DNA of 64,000 bases from Ruminiclostridium sp. (GCA_045591405.1 JAZNST010000051.1:15571-79570); one strand, 5' to 3'; positions 8,755-17,127 are shown, numbered from the stretch's first letter. Notes: generated from the letters alone by a model not told the origin. A program made the numbers and translations.

Positions 8755-10233
8755 TTATGCCTTATGTCCGCCGATTTGTCCGTTGCGCTGAATTGCGGTT
8801 GCACCTTCCTGAAGGCTCGTTCCTTTGAGTACGGCGTTTTTTCCGTATTTTTTCTTGATTGTTACTACTGCGTTCTGAACCTTATTTTCTCTTTCAAGCT
8901 CTGTCTGAGTATTGGTTATATCGTCGTTGCTTGTGAATAAATCGAGCTGAATACACTTGTTGTTTTCTTCCGCCTGTTCTTTTGGGACAATGTCATCAAC
9001 GGATATAGCGAGCTTTCTCACGCAGAGCTTTTTGTCTGCGATTTTATCGTAAAGTCTGCATAGTGCATCGGTTATAAGCTTTGACGAAGCGGTTTTTCTC
9101 TCAAGATTGGCAGTAGAATGCGATGGCTTGGGAACTTTTCTTCCGAGATAGTCGGAAGCTGTTTCGCCTTTGAAATCCTTCGTTACGTTTGAAACGTCGT
9201 AGATAATGGTGAGTGTTAGCTGTTTTGTCACAAGTCCCTTTTCGACAAGCTCAAGAGCAACCCCTTCTGCCATTTCCTTTACGATTATCCTTGCTTTTTC
9301 AAAGCTGTAAGGCTCAGATAAAACCTGTCCTGAGCTCATTCCTGTTGTTGACGGCTTATATGCTTTTATGTCTGCCATAGTGCAAGGCTCGTATCCCCAC
9401 GCGTGATCAATCAGAAGCTCGGCGTTGACCCCAAAAAGCTTATAAAGAAGCTCTTCGTTTCTGAAATCGCCGCCATTTCCAAGCGAGCAACGGGCAACGT
9501 CTCCCATTGTATACATGCCGTATTGTGCAAGCTTTTCGGCATAGCCTCTGCCTATACGCCAGAAATCCCTTATCGGAGTATGTCCCCAGAGATTTTTTCT
9601 GTAACTCAGCTCGTCGAGCTGTGCAATTCTCACTCCGTCCTTGTCGGGCTTTATCTTCTTTGCGTGAATATCCATTGCTATCTTTGCAAGATAAAGATTT
9701 GTTCCGATTCCTGCGGTTGCGGTTATTCCTGTCTGAGAAAGTATATCAAGAATTATACTTTTTGCAAGCTCAGGAGCAGTTACGCCGTAAGCCTCAAGAT
9801 AGCTTGAGGTGTCAATGAAAACCTCGTCAATAGAATAAACGTGAATATCGTCGGGAGAAAAATATCTCAGATAAATATTATAGATCTTTTTGCTGTAATC
9901 AATATAATACGCCATTCTCGGTGCGGCTACGATATAATCAAGCTCAAGAGAGGGGTTGGTATCAAGCTGTTTTTCATGAGTGGATTTCCCTATGAATTTG
10001 TGTTCAGGGGCAACCTTTAGTCTTTGAAGATTTATCTCCTTGACCTTTTCGATGACCTCAAAAAGCCTTGCACGACCGCTTATACCGTATTTCTTCAGAC
10101 TCGGAGTAACCGCAAGACAGATTGTTTTTTCGGTTCGTCCCTCGTCTGCAACAACAAGATTCGTTTTAATCGGATCAAGACCTCTTTCAACACATTCTAC
10201 CGACGCAAAAAATGATTTGAGGTCAATACACAT
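8755..10233 (-). CDS. Y-family (translesion) DNA polymerase, UmuC/UvrX-like
   Basis: MCIDLKSFFASVECV and SIDEVFIDTS catalytic motifs. The track ORF starts at TTG 10311, but ATG 10233 matches the usual N-terminus of the family. The start remains uncertain. Confidence 0.85.
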   Translation of the reverse strand: MCIDLKSFFASVECVERGLDPIKTNLVVADEGRTEKTICLAVTPSLKKYGISGRARLFEVIEKVKEINLQRLKVAPEHKFIGKSTHEKQLDTNPSLELDYIVAAPRMAYYIDYSKKIYNIYLRYFSPDDIHVYSIDEVFIDTSSYLEAYGVTAPELAKSIILDILSQTGITATAGIGTNLYLAKIAMDIHAKKIKPDKDGVRIAQLDELSYRKNLWGHTPIRDFWRIGRGYAEKLAQYGMYTMGDVARCSLGNGGDFRNEELLYKLFGVNAELLIDHAWGYEPCTMADIKAYKPSTTGMSSGQVLSEPYSFEKARIIVKEMAEGVALELVEKGLVTKQLTLTIIYDVSNVTKDFKGETASDYLGRKVPKPSHSTANLERKTASSKLITDALCRLYDKIADKKLCVRKLAISVDDIVPKEQAEENNKCIQLDLFTSNDDITNTQTELERENKVQNAVVTIKKKYGKNAVLKGTSLQEGATAIQRNGQIGGHKA

Positions 10234-10330
10234 AAACACTGCTTTCACCGCCCTTCTATTCAGATTATAACCTGAAGCGTGTCCAAAAATACGGACTGAA
10301 TCCAACAACAATTTTCAAGCTTTTTGAGAA

Positions 10331-10366
10331 CAAAGAAAAACCGCTGAACCCCAAAAGGTTCAACGG
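10331..10366 (-). terminator. Intrinsic terminator downstream of tRNA-Leu
   Basis: On the minus strand, CCGTTGAACC/GGTTCAGCGG hairpin followed by TTTTTCTTTGTT. Confidence 0.6.
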
Positions 10367-10370
10367 AAGC

Positions 10371-10457
10371 TGGTGCCGCTGACCGGACTTGAACCGGTAC
10401 GGTATTTCTACCGAGGGATTTTAAGTCCCTTGTGTCTGCCTATTCCACCACAGCGGC
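10371..10457 (-). tRNA. tRNA-Leu (anticodon TAA), type II with long variable arm, CCA encoded
   Basis: Reverse complement is GCCGCTGTGGTGGAATAGGCAGACACAAGGGACTTAAAATCCCTCGGTAGAAATACCGTACCGGTTCAAGTCCGGTCAGCGGCACCA. It has a cloverleaf, a CTTAAAA anticodon loop and GGTTCAAGTCC T-arm. Confidence 0.9.
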
Positions 10458-10475
10458 GTCTTTGATTTGCAATTT

Positions 10476-10504
10476 ATTATATCACAACACAGGCGTACTG
10501 TCAA
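10476..10504 (-). promoter_or_regulatory. SigmaA-type promoter for tRNA-Leu
   Basis: On the minus strand, TTGACA, 17 nt, TATAAT, about 18 nt upstream of the tRNA 5' end. Confidence 0.6.
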
Positions 10505-10612
10505 GTGAAAAAAATTTTTTTAATTTATCGCTTTTAGGTCGTAAAGCGGCAAAGTAAGCGCATTTATGGGCATTATAGCTGTGTTTACAAAAAAATTTTT
10601 CAAAAAAAGGGG

Positions 10613-10640
10613 TTGACAAATCTAAAAAAAAGAGTAAAAT
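10613..10640 (+). promoter_or_regulatory. SigmaA-type promoter of the aro operon leader
   Basis: TTGACA (10613-10618), 16 nt, TAAAAT (10635-10640). An A/T-tract lies upstream. Confidence 0.6.
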
Positions 10641-10687
10641 AGCAATCGTAAGAGATGTCTCACTAACGAAGAAAGGAGTAAAAAATT

Positions 10688-10807
10688 ATGTCAGCTTTAT
10701 TTACAACAGCCTTTATATTCTTCTTTAGCTTTAGCTTTTATTTTAGCTACAAGTTTTATTTTGGTGCGAGAAAAAAGGTTGCTGAAAAAAGTATAGCTGC
10801 TGCGTGA
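10688..10807 (+). CDS. Candidate leader peptide, 39 aa, [39 protein letters not shown] (10 Phe, 3 Tyr)
   Basis: Too short for the ORF track. SD GAAAGGAG (10671-10678) sits 9 nt before ATG 10688. Phe/Tyr enrichment is specific to this frame. The ORF lies between the promoter and a terminator upstream of aroF. Confidence 0.6.
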   Translation: MSALFTTAFIFFFSFSFYFSYKFYFGARKKVAEKSIAAA

Positions 10808-10831
10808 TTTTTTATTCAACTCAGTAAATTT

Positions 10832-10871
10832 AAGCTTGTACTTGGGCAACCTTGTGCAAGCTTTTTTATTT
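10832..10871 (+). terminator. Intrinsic terminator (attenuator) in the aro leader
   Basis: AAGCTTGTAC (10832-10841) pairs with GTGCAAGCTT (10854-10863), 10 bp with one G-U. It is followed by TTTTTTATTT, 19 nt before the aroF start. Confidence 0.7.
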
Positions 10872-10889
10872 AAGAAAGGGAAAAAGATT

Positions 10890-11912
10890 ATGATTATCGT
10901 ATTAAAACAGGACGTAAACAAGAAGGCAGTCGATGAGCTTTGCTCGTACATTGAAGCACACGACATCAAGGTGAACGAGGTTATCGGTACACATAAGACT
11001 ATTATCGGTCTTATCGGTGACACACACAAAATTGACCTCGAAGCTATTCAGGCAAGAGACATCGTTGAATCCGTTCAGCGTGTTCAGGAGCCTTATAAGG
11101 CTGTAAACAGAAAGTTCCATCCCGAAGATACCGTTATTGAAATCGCAAACGGCGTAAAAATCGGCGACGGAAACGTATCGGTAATTGCAGGTCCTTGCTC
11201 GGTTGAAAGCGAAGAACAGATTATTGATACCTGTACAAAGGTTAAGGCAGCGGGCGCAAATCTTCTCAGAGGCGGTGCATTCAAGCCCAGAACCTCTCCT
11301 TACTCCTTCCAGGGTATGAAAGGCGAGGGTATCAAGCTTCTTCTCGAAGCTAAGAAGGCAACAGGTCTTCCTATCGTAACAGAGCTTATGTCGCTTGAAC
11401 ACCTTGATTTATTCGCTGACGTTGACGTTATTCAGATTGGCGCAAGAAATATGCAGAACTTCGAGCTTCTTAAAGAGATTGGCCGTTGTAACAAGCCTAT
11501 CCTTCTTAAAAGAGGTCTTGCAAATACAATTGAAGAGCTTCTTATGTCCGCTGAATATATTGCAGCCAGCGGTAACACAAACATTATGCTTTGCGAAAGA
11601 GGCGTAAGAACGTTTGAAACAGTTACAAGAAATACTCTTGATATTTCTGCAATCCCGGTTCTCAAATCCCTCACACACCTCCCTGTTGTTATCGATCCAA
11701 GCCACGCAACAGGCAGATATGAGCTTGTTGAGCCGCTTTCTATGGCAGCTGTTGCCGCAGGAGCCGACGCTCTTATCATCGAAGTTCACAACAATCCTCA
11801 GAAGGCGCTTTGCGACGGTGCTCAGTCGCTTACTCCCGAACACTTCGACAAGACAATGCAGAACTGCAACAAGATTGCAAAGGCACTTGATAAGAGAATA
11901 GGAACACTTTAA
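10890..11912 (+). CDS. aroF: 3-deoxy-7-phosphoheptulonate (DAHP) synthase, type I-beta, with N-terminal ferredoxin-like regulatory domain
   Basis: [18 protein letters not shown] and IGARNMQN motifs, plus a ~65-aa N-terminal extension as in Thermotoga-type enzymes. ATG 10890 has an AAGAAAGGG SD. The track start TTG 10836 lies inside the terminator hairpin. Confidence 0.9.
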   Translation: MIIVLKQDVNKKAVDELCSYIEAHDIKVNEVIGTHKTIIGLIGDTHKIDLEAIQARDIVESVQRVQEPYKAVNRKFHPEDTVIEIANGVKIGDGNVSVIAGPCSVESEEQIIDTCTKVKAAGANLLRGGAFKPRTSPYSFQGMKGEGIKLLLEAKKATGLPIVTELMSLEHLDLFADVDVIQIGARNMQNFELLKEIGRCNKPILLKRGLANTIEELLMSAEYIAASGNTNIMLCERGVRTFETVTRNTLDISAIPVLKSLTHLPVVIDPSHATGRYELVEPLSMAAVAAGADALIIEVHNNPQKALCDGAQSLTPEHFDKTMQNCNKIAKALDKRIGTL

Positions 11913-11913
11913 T

Positions 11914-12948
11914 ATGAAAATACTGACCGTAAATGCAAGCAAATCGTATGATATAATAATAGGTAAGGGACTTCTTGAAAAGTCGGGAGAGCTTATCGGA
12001 AAGGTTTCTACTGCTAAAAAAGCGGTAATAATCACCGATGATATCGTTGACGGACTTTATTCAAAAAAGGTTGCGGCTTCTCTTGAAGAAAGCGGAATAA
12101 AATCGCTGAAGTTCGTTTTCCCCAACGGCGAAAAAAGTAAATCCCATGCTGTTTTACTTGAATTATACAGCTTTCTTGTCAAAAATGACGTTACAAGAGG
12201 CGATTTGCTTATTGCATTAGGCGGCGGAGTTACAGGCGACCTTGTGGGCTTTTGTGCGGCGACTTACCTCAGGGGAGTCGATTTCGTACAGATTCCCACT
12301 ACCCTGCTTGCTCAGGTTGATAGCTCCGTAGGCGGAAAAACGGCTGTAAATATCCCCGAAGGAAAAAACCTCATCGGCGCTTTTAAGCAGCCGCTTCTGG
12401 TTATTTCTGACGTTGATACGCTTTCAACTCTCAGCGATGAGATTTTTGCCGACGGAATGGGCGAGGTTGTGAAATACGGAATGATTCGCTCTTACACCCT
12501 TTTTGAAAAGCTTGAAAACGCAAACGTAAAGGATGACCTTGAAGATATAATTTACGAGTGCGTCGATATAAAAAGAGCCGTCGTTGAAAATGACGAGTTC
12601 GATACAGGCGAACGAATGATTCTGAATTTCGGTCACACTCTTGGACACGCACTTGAAAAAAAGTTCAATTTCAGCGGTATTTCACACGGAAAAGCTGTTG
12701 CTGTGGGAATGATGCTTGTTACTGAAAAGTTTGCGGACGAGTCAACCGCAAACAGACTCAGAAGCTGTCTTATTGCAAACGACCTCCCTGTTGTTGCAAA
12801 AGCGGAATTATCCGAGCTTTACGAGCTTTCGGTAAACGACAAAAAGCGACTTGCCGAAAAAATAAGAATTATCGTCTGCAAGCAAATAGGAAAAGCAGAA
12901 ATTATAACAATGTCAATGTCTGAGTTCCGTTCTTTTTTAGGAGTCTGA
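11914..12948 (+). CDS. aroB: 3-dehydroquinate synthase
   Basis: 344 aa with GGGVTGDLVGFCAATYLRG and HTLGHALE motifs. 1-nt gap after aroF. Confidence 0.9.
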   Translation: MKILTVNASKSYDIIIGKGLLEKSGELIGKVSTAKKAVIITDDIVDGLYSKKVAASLEESGIKSLKFVFPNGEKSKSHAVLLELYSFLVKNDVTRGDLLIALGGGVTGDLVGFCAATYLRGVDFVQIPTTLLAQVDSSVGGKTAVNIPEGKNLIGAFKQPLLVISDVDTLSTLSDEIFADGMGEVVKYGMIRSYTLFEKLENANVKDDLEDIIYECVDIKRAVVENDEFDTGERMILNFGHTLGHALEKKFNFSGISHGKAVAVGMMLVTEKFADESTANRLRSCLIANDLPVVAKAELSELYELSVNDKKRLAEKIRIIVCKQIGKAEIITMSMSEFRSFLGV

Positions 12949-12949
12949 A

Positions 12950-14161
12950 ATGGATATAAAAATAACGCCGTCAAGGCTCAAGGGAAGACTTACTGTCCCT
13001 TCGTCAAAAAGCATTTCTCACCGTGCGCTCATCTGTGCGGCTCTGTGCGACGGAACAAGCGTAATAAAAAATACGCTTGAGTGCGACGATACGGAGGCTA
13101 CGATAAACGCTCTTACTGCCCTTGGGGCAACAATAGCGGTAAACGGAGCTGAAATAACTGTCAATGGAATCAAAAACGCACCCCAAAACGCTGAAATCGA
13201 CTGTAATGAAAGCGGCTCAACGCTGAGATTCATTATGCCGATTGCGGCGGCTTTTGGCGTAAACGCTTCTTTCAGCGGAAAAGGAAAGCTTCCGTCAAGA
13301 CCTATAACCGAATACTTTACAGAGCTTTCAAAAAATGGTATAATATTTACTGCAAAAGAAATGCCCTATAAAATCGAAGGCAGACTTATGGGCGGAGAAT
13401 ACAGAATTGCAGGAAACGTTTCGTCCCAGTTTATAACGGGACTTTTGTTTGCTTTGCCGCTACTTAACGGGGATAGTAAAATTATTCTCACCTCCCCTCT
13501 TGAATCAAAGCCTTACGTTGATATTACAATCGCTTGTCTTAATTCGTTTGGCGTAGCCGTAGAAGAAACCGAATACGGCTATTTTGTTAAAGGCAATCAA
13601 CGCTACCACGCAACTGATTACAGCGTTGAAGCTGACTATTCAAACGCCGCTTTCTTCCTCGTGGCTAACGCTCTTGGAAGTGACGTTATCCTTGAAAATC
13701 TTAATGAAAAGAGTGTTCAGGGGGACGCTGAAATTATGAACGTTGTAAACAGCTACAACGGAAAAGCCTTTGATATAAGCGCTTCACAGATACCTGACCT
13801 TGTTCCTGTGCTGACTGTTCTTGCTTCCCTTTCGGTAGGAACATCAACTATTTTCAACGCAGAACGACTCAGAATAAAAGAATGTGACCGTCTTGCTGCA
13901 ATAACTGACGTTCTTTCTACGCTTGGCGCTAAGATTCACGAATACAATGACAAGCTTGTTGTTGAAGGCGTGGATATGCTCCAAGGCGGAACCTGTGACA
14001 GCTATAATGACCACAGAATACCAATGAGTATTGCAGTTGCCGCTACAAGAGCGACGCAACCGATTATCATAAAAAACGCAGAATGCGTTTCAAAATCATA
14101 TCCTCAGTTCTGGGAGGATTATAAAAAAATGGGAGGAATTGTTGATGTCGTCAACGCTTAA
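12950..14161 (+). CDS. aroA: 3-phosphoshikimate 1-carboxyvinyltransferase (EPSP synthase)
   Basis: LKGRLTVPSSKSISHRAL, ESGSTLRF and RIKECDR motifs. 1-nt gap after aroB. Confidence 0.9.
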   Translation: MDIKITPSRLKGRLTVPSSKSISHRALICAALCDGTSVIKNTLECDDTEATINALTALGATIAVNGAEITVNGIKNAPQNAEIDCNESGSTLRFIMPIAAAFGVNASFSGKGKLPSRPITEYFTELSKNGIIFTAKEMPYKIEGRLMGGEYRIAGNVSSQFITGLLFALPLLNGDSKIILTSPLESKPYVDITIACLNSFGVAVEETEYGYFVKGNQRYHATDYSVEADYSNAAFFLVANALGSDVILENLNEKSVQGDAEIMNVVNSYNGKAFDISASQIPDLVPVLTVLASLSVGTSTIFNAERLRIKECDRLAAITDVLSTLGAKIHEYNDKLVVEGVDMLQGGTCDSYNDHRIPMSIAVAATRATQPIIIKNAECVSKSYPQFWEDYKKMGGIVDVVNA

Positions 14162-15230
14162 ATTCGGCTCTTTTTCAATGACAATATTCGGTGAATCTCA
14201 CGGAAATGCCATCGGTGTGACAATCGACGGTCTTCCTTCGGGGTTTGCCGTTGATTTTGATGCTGTAAATGCTTTTATGGCTCGTCGTGCTCCTCGAAAA
14301 GACGGAACAAGTACGTTCAGAAACGAAAAAGACGCATTTGAAATTTTAAGCGGAATAACAGACTCAAAGACCAACGGCGCTCCGCTTTGCGCTGTGATAA
14401 AGAATACAGATCAACATTCTGCCGATTATAAAAGCGTTAGCTATCTTGCAAGGCCCGGACACGCCGATTACACAGGGTCAGTAAGATATAATTATTCAAA
14501 CGATCTTCGTGGCGGCGGTCATTTTTCGGGCCGACTCACTGCCCCGCTTGTTTTTGCGGGTGCAATATGCGGTCAGCTTCTTGAAGCGGAAAAAATTTAT
14601 TCGGGAGCGCATATTGCTTCTATTATGAACGAGGCTGACAAACAATTTGATCCCGTGAACGTAACCAAAGCTGAGCTTGATTCGGTAAAAAGCTCATATC
14701 TTCCGCTTATTGATAAAGAAAAGGACGCTAAAATGCGTGAGATTATCTTAGAAGCGTCTAAAAATCTTGATTCTGTCGGCGGAACGATTGAATGTGCAAT
14801 CATCGGCGTTCCCACAGGGGTTGGCTCGCCTATCTTTGACGGGATTGAAAACAGGATAAGTCAGATTGTGTTCGGAATACCTGCAATCAAGGGAATTGAG
14901 TTCGGAGTGGGATTTGAAGTCGCAAAGCTTCACGGAAGCGAAAATAACGACGAGTTTTTTATTGAAAACGAAGAAATAAAAACAAGGACGAATAATTGCG
15001 GCGGAATTCTCGGCGGAATTTCAGATTCAATGCCTATTATTTTCAGAGTGGCTGTAAAGCCAACGCCGTCTATTGCAAAAGCTCAGAAAACGGTTGACTA
15101 CAAGAGCGTAACAGAAGAAACGCTCGAAATAAAGGGCAGACACGACCCTTGTATCGTCCCAAGAGCTGTTCCGTGCGTTGAAGCGGCGGCAAATATTGCA
15201 ATCTACACACTTCTCAAGGAGAGCTTATGA
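14145..15230 (+). CDS. aroC: Chorismate synthase
   Basis: FGESHG and ARPGHADY motifs. ATG 14145 has GGGAGGA 8 nt upstream. The gene overlaps the aroA end. Confidence 0.9.
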   Translation: MSSTLKFGSFSMTIFGESHGNAIGVTIDGLPSGFAVDFDAVNAFMARRAPRKDGTSTFRNEKDAFEILSGITDSKTNGAPLCAVIKNTDQHSADYKSVSYLARPGHADYTGSVRYNYSNDLRGGGHFSGRLTAPLVFAGAICGQLLEAEKIYSGAHIASIMNEADKQFDPVNVTKAELDSVKSSYLPLIDKEKDAKMREIILEASKNLDSVGGTIECAIIGVPTGVGSPIFDGIENRISQIVFGIPAIKGIEFGVGFEVAKLHGSENNDEFFIENEEIKTRTNNCGGILGGISDSMPIIFRVAVKPTPSIAKAQKTVDYKSVTEETLEIKGRHDPCIVPRAVPCVEAAANIAIYTLLKESL

Positions 15231-15778
15231 TAAACGAAGCGCCAAAAATCACAGTTGAAGACAAGCTTGATATACAATTTTATATCTGCTTTTTGTTAGA
15301 TCAGCTAGGAAAGCTTACTGAAAACCAACTTTCAGATATAATTACTGAATGCGAAACAGTTAATTACTACGATTATCTTGAGGCGTTAAGTATTGTCGTT
15401 GAAAAAAAGTTGGCTGAAAAAAGCGAAGAAAAGTCTGAGCTTGTGTATAGCCTTCTGCCTCAAGGCAAAATGATGTCTGAGGAATTTTATCAGCATATTC
15501 CCCTTTCTGTCCGTGAAAAGTCAGTTGAATACGGGAAAAAGGTCCTTGAGCTTTCAGAGGTTGAAAGAGCGCTCCAGTGCAGAATTGAACGAACACAAGA
15601 AGCGCACTGCTTTGTTACCGTCAGGTTTATTAACGAAATGGGCGGTCCTGATCTTGTAAATCTCAGGCTTTACGCTCCGAATCTTGAAGAAGCAAAGAAA
15701 ATGAAGGAGCGTTTTTACGAACGCCCGTCTGAAATTATCACAAAAATAATGCAACTGTTTATAAAGGATAATTATTGA
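15227..15778 (+). CDS. Hypothetical protein, DUF4364-like (winged-helix-like N-terminus)
   Basis: 183 aa. Its start overlaps the aroC stop (ATGA). The resemblance to the clostridial DUF4364 family is from memory only. Confidence 0.45.
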   Translation: MINEAPKITVEDKLDIQFYICFLLDQLGKLTENQLSDIITECETVNYYDYLEALSIVVEKKLAEKSEEKSELVYSLLPQGKMMSEEFYQHIPLSVREKSVEYGKKVLELSEVERALQCRIERTQEAHCFVTVRFINEMGGPDLVNLRLYAPNLEEAKKMKERFYERPSEIITKIMQLFIKDNY

Positions 15779-15794
15779 TTAAAAGGCTGCAGTA

Positions 15795-15834
15795 TTGGCG
15801 CACCTGCTCTATCGTAGGTGCGCCAAACTTTTAT
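15795..15834 (+). terminator. Intrinsic terminator ending the aro operon
   Basis: TTGGCGCACCT/AGGTGCGCCAA 11-bp hairpin followed by ACTTTTAT. Confidence 0.75.
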
Positions 15835-15952
15835 GTCCAACTCAATTTTCAGTTTATAACCTCTCAATTACTGAGATGTGGACAAATTGTCAAAATCTTG
15901 GCATAATATAATCACAGACCGGTCAAGTAACAAAATCAGGAGAATATTTTAT

Positions 15953-16996
15953 ATGACATTTGGACAAAAAATAAAATTACTTCGTCGAGAAGCAAGCATG
16001 ACACAAGAAAACCTTGCAGAGCTTCTTTCTATTTCTCCGCAGGCGGTCAGCCGTTGGGAAACAGATGTTGCTATGCCTGACATTTCTTTATTGCCTCCGA
16101 TTGCCAATTTATTTGATGTAACCACCGACTATCTGCTTGGGATGGAAACATACCAAAAAGATTTGAGGAAAGCGGAATTTGACGAAGCATTCGATAAATA
16201 TTGGGAATGCGATGACAAAGAAAAGAATTATCAGATAGCTCTGCGTGCGGTTGCTGAATATCCGGGGAATATGGAATATGTAGAATGGTTGGCGTCGGCA
16301 GAATATTACGTCGCTATCGCGGCATTAGATAACAGTGAGTATATGCGTTTGCTTGAAAATTCAGTAAAACATTATAAATTTGTTTTGGATAACGCCAAGG
16401 ATTCAAAATTATATTCTAAAGCGTTGTGGGGAATCGTCCTTGCGCTTAGCAACGTTCAAAAAAGGGACGAAGCTAAGCAATATGCTATGTTAGAAGAGGA
16501 TGAGGAGAAAAGAAACGAGTTACTTTGTTGGTGCTTGGAGGGCGAGGAAAGGAAAAAACATTGTCAGCGCCTTACAAATATAAAGTTAAACAGCCTTCTC
16601 TTCCAGTTAACATTCGGTCAAAAAGACTCAATAGAAGCGTATGACGCCGTTGAAAAAGTACTGAATATTATGTTTCCGGACGGTAATTTTCAGTATTATC
16701 ACAATACTCTGCAATACAATTCTATTGGCAAAGCTTTTTGCTTTTGCAAAACACAACAATATGACTGTGCATTAAAAGAGCTGAAAAAAGCAAGATATCA
16801 CGCAGAAGAAATGACAAAAATAAATCACCAAAATATAATAAAATTCACAGCTCCGCTATTTTCACTTATCGAAGAAGAACACCCCGTTATAGATTCTGAT
16901 ATAACTGACGTTGATGATTTCATTCGCTGTTTGAAAAACAACCGTTGCTTTGATCCTATCAGAGAAAAAGACGATTTCAAGGCATTGATTGTATAA
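15953..16996 (+). CDS. XRE-family HTH transcriptional regulator with long helical-repeat (TPR-like) C-terminal domain
   Basis: HTH QKIKLLRREASMTQENLAELLSISPQAVSRWE. ATG 15953 has AGGAGA upstream, while the track start GTG 15878 has no SD. Confidence 0.7.
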   Translation: MTFGQKIKLLRREASMTQENLAELLSISPQAVSRWETDVAMPDISLLPPIANLFDVTTDYLLGMETYQKDLRKAEFDEAFDKYWECDDKEKNYQIALRAVAEYPGNMEYVEWLASAEYYVAIAALDNSEYMRLLENSVKHYKFVLDNAKDSKLYSKALWGIVLALSNVQKRDEAKQYAMLEEDEEKRNELLCWCLEGEERKKHCQRLTNIKLNSLLFQLTFGQKDSIEAYDAVEKVLNIMFPDGNFQYYHNTLQYNSIGKAFCFCKTQQYDCALKELKKARYHAEEMTKINHQNIIKFTAPLFSLIEEEHPVIDSDITDVDDFIRCLKNNRCFDPIREKDDFKALIV

Positions 16997-17084
16997 ATAA
17001 GACAAATTTCTTTGCTTGTGTGTTTGCTTATTTTTTCAAAGGTGTAAATGCCGGCTCCCCTTTCTTTATGTGTTTACGGCTCCC

Positions 17085-17118
17085 AAAAAAGAAAAAGCAG
17101 GAACTGCCAGTCCCTGCT
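17085..17118 (-). terminator. Intrinsic terminator for the MBL/DUF3006 operon
   Basis: On the minus strand, AGCAGGGAC/GTTCCTGCT hairpin (one mismatch) followed by TTTTTCTTTTTT. Confidence 0.55.
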
Positions 17119-17127
17119 TAAAGCTTT

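Noticed and set aside
10341-10366. GAACC...GGTTC inverted repeat upstream of the Y-family polymerase as a LexA/Cheo box.
   Set aside because: The spacing is N8, not N4. The repeat is part of a 10-bp stem followed by a U-run, which makes it the tRNA-Leu terminator.
7958-10470. tRNA-Leu-adjacent genomic islet (small Cys-rich gene, yolD-like, Y-family polymerase).
   Set aside because: I saw no integrase, recombinase or direct repeat of the tRNA 3' end, and no obvious compositional break by eye. Only comparative genomics could establish acquisition.
10641-10889. T-box riboswitch as the explanation for the ~250-nt aro leader. The length is compatible, and TTGGTGCGAG at 10761-10770 vaguely recalls the T-box GGTGGTACCGCGAG motif.
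   Set aside because: The conserved ACC core is missing. The motif lies about 60 nt upstream of the terminator instead of forming its antiterminator bulge. I could not trace a stem I/specifier architecture. The SD-ATG Phe/Tyr-rich ORF explains the region better. A covariance-model scan is still needed.
10836-10889. N-terminal extension of the DAHP synthase ORF (track start TTG 10836, [18 protein letters not shown]...).
   Set aside because: The TTG lies inside the terminator hairpin and has no SD. ATG 10890 has an SD, and MIIVLKQD... is a sensible start for the regulatory domain.
17068-17121. 17-codon ORF (MCLRLPKKKKQELPVPA) downstream of the XRE-TPR regulator as a possible signalling pro-peptide.
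   Set aside because: It has no SD and no hydrophobic leader, and it overlaps a terminator hairpin belonging to the opposite strand.
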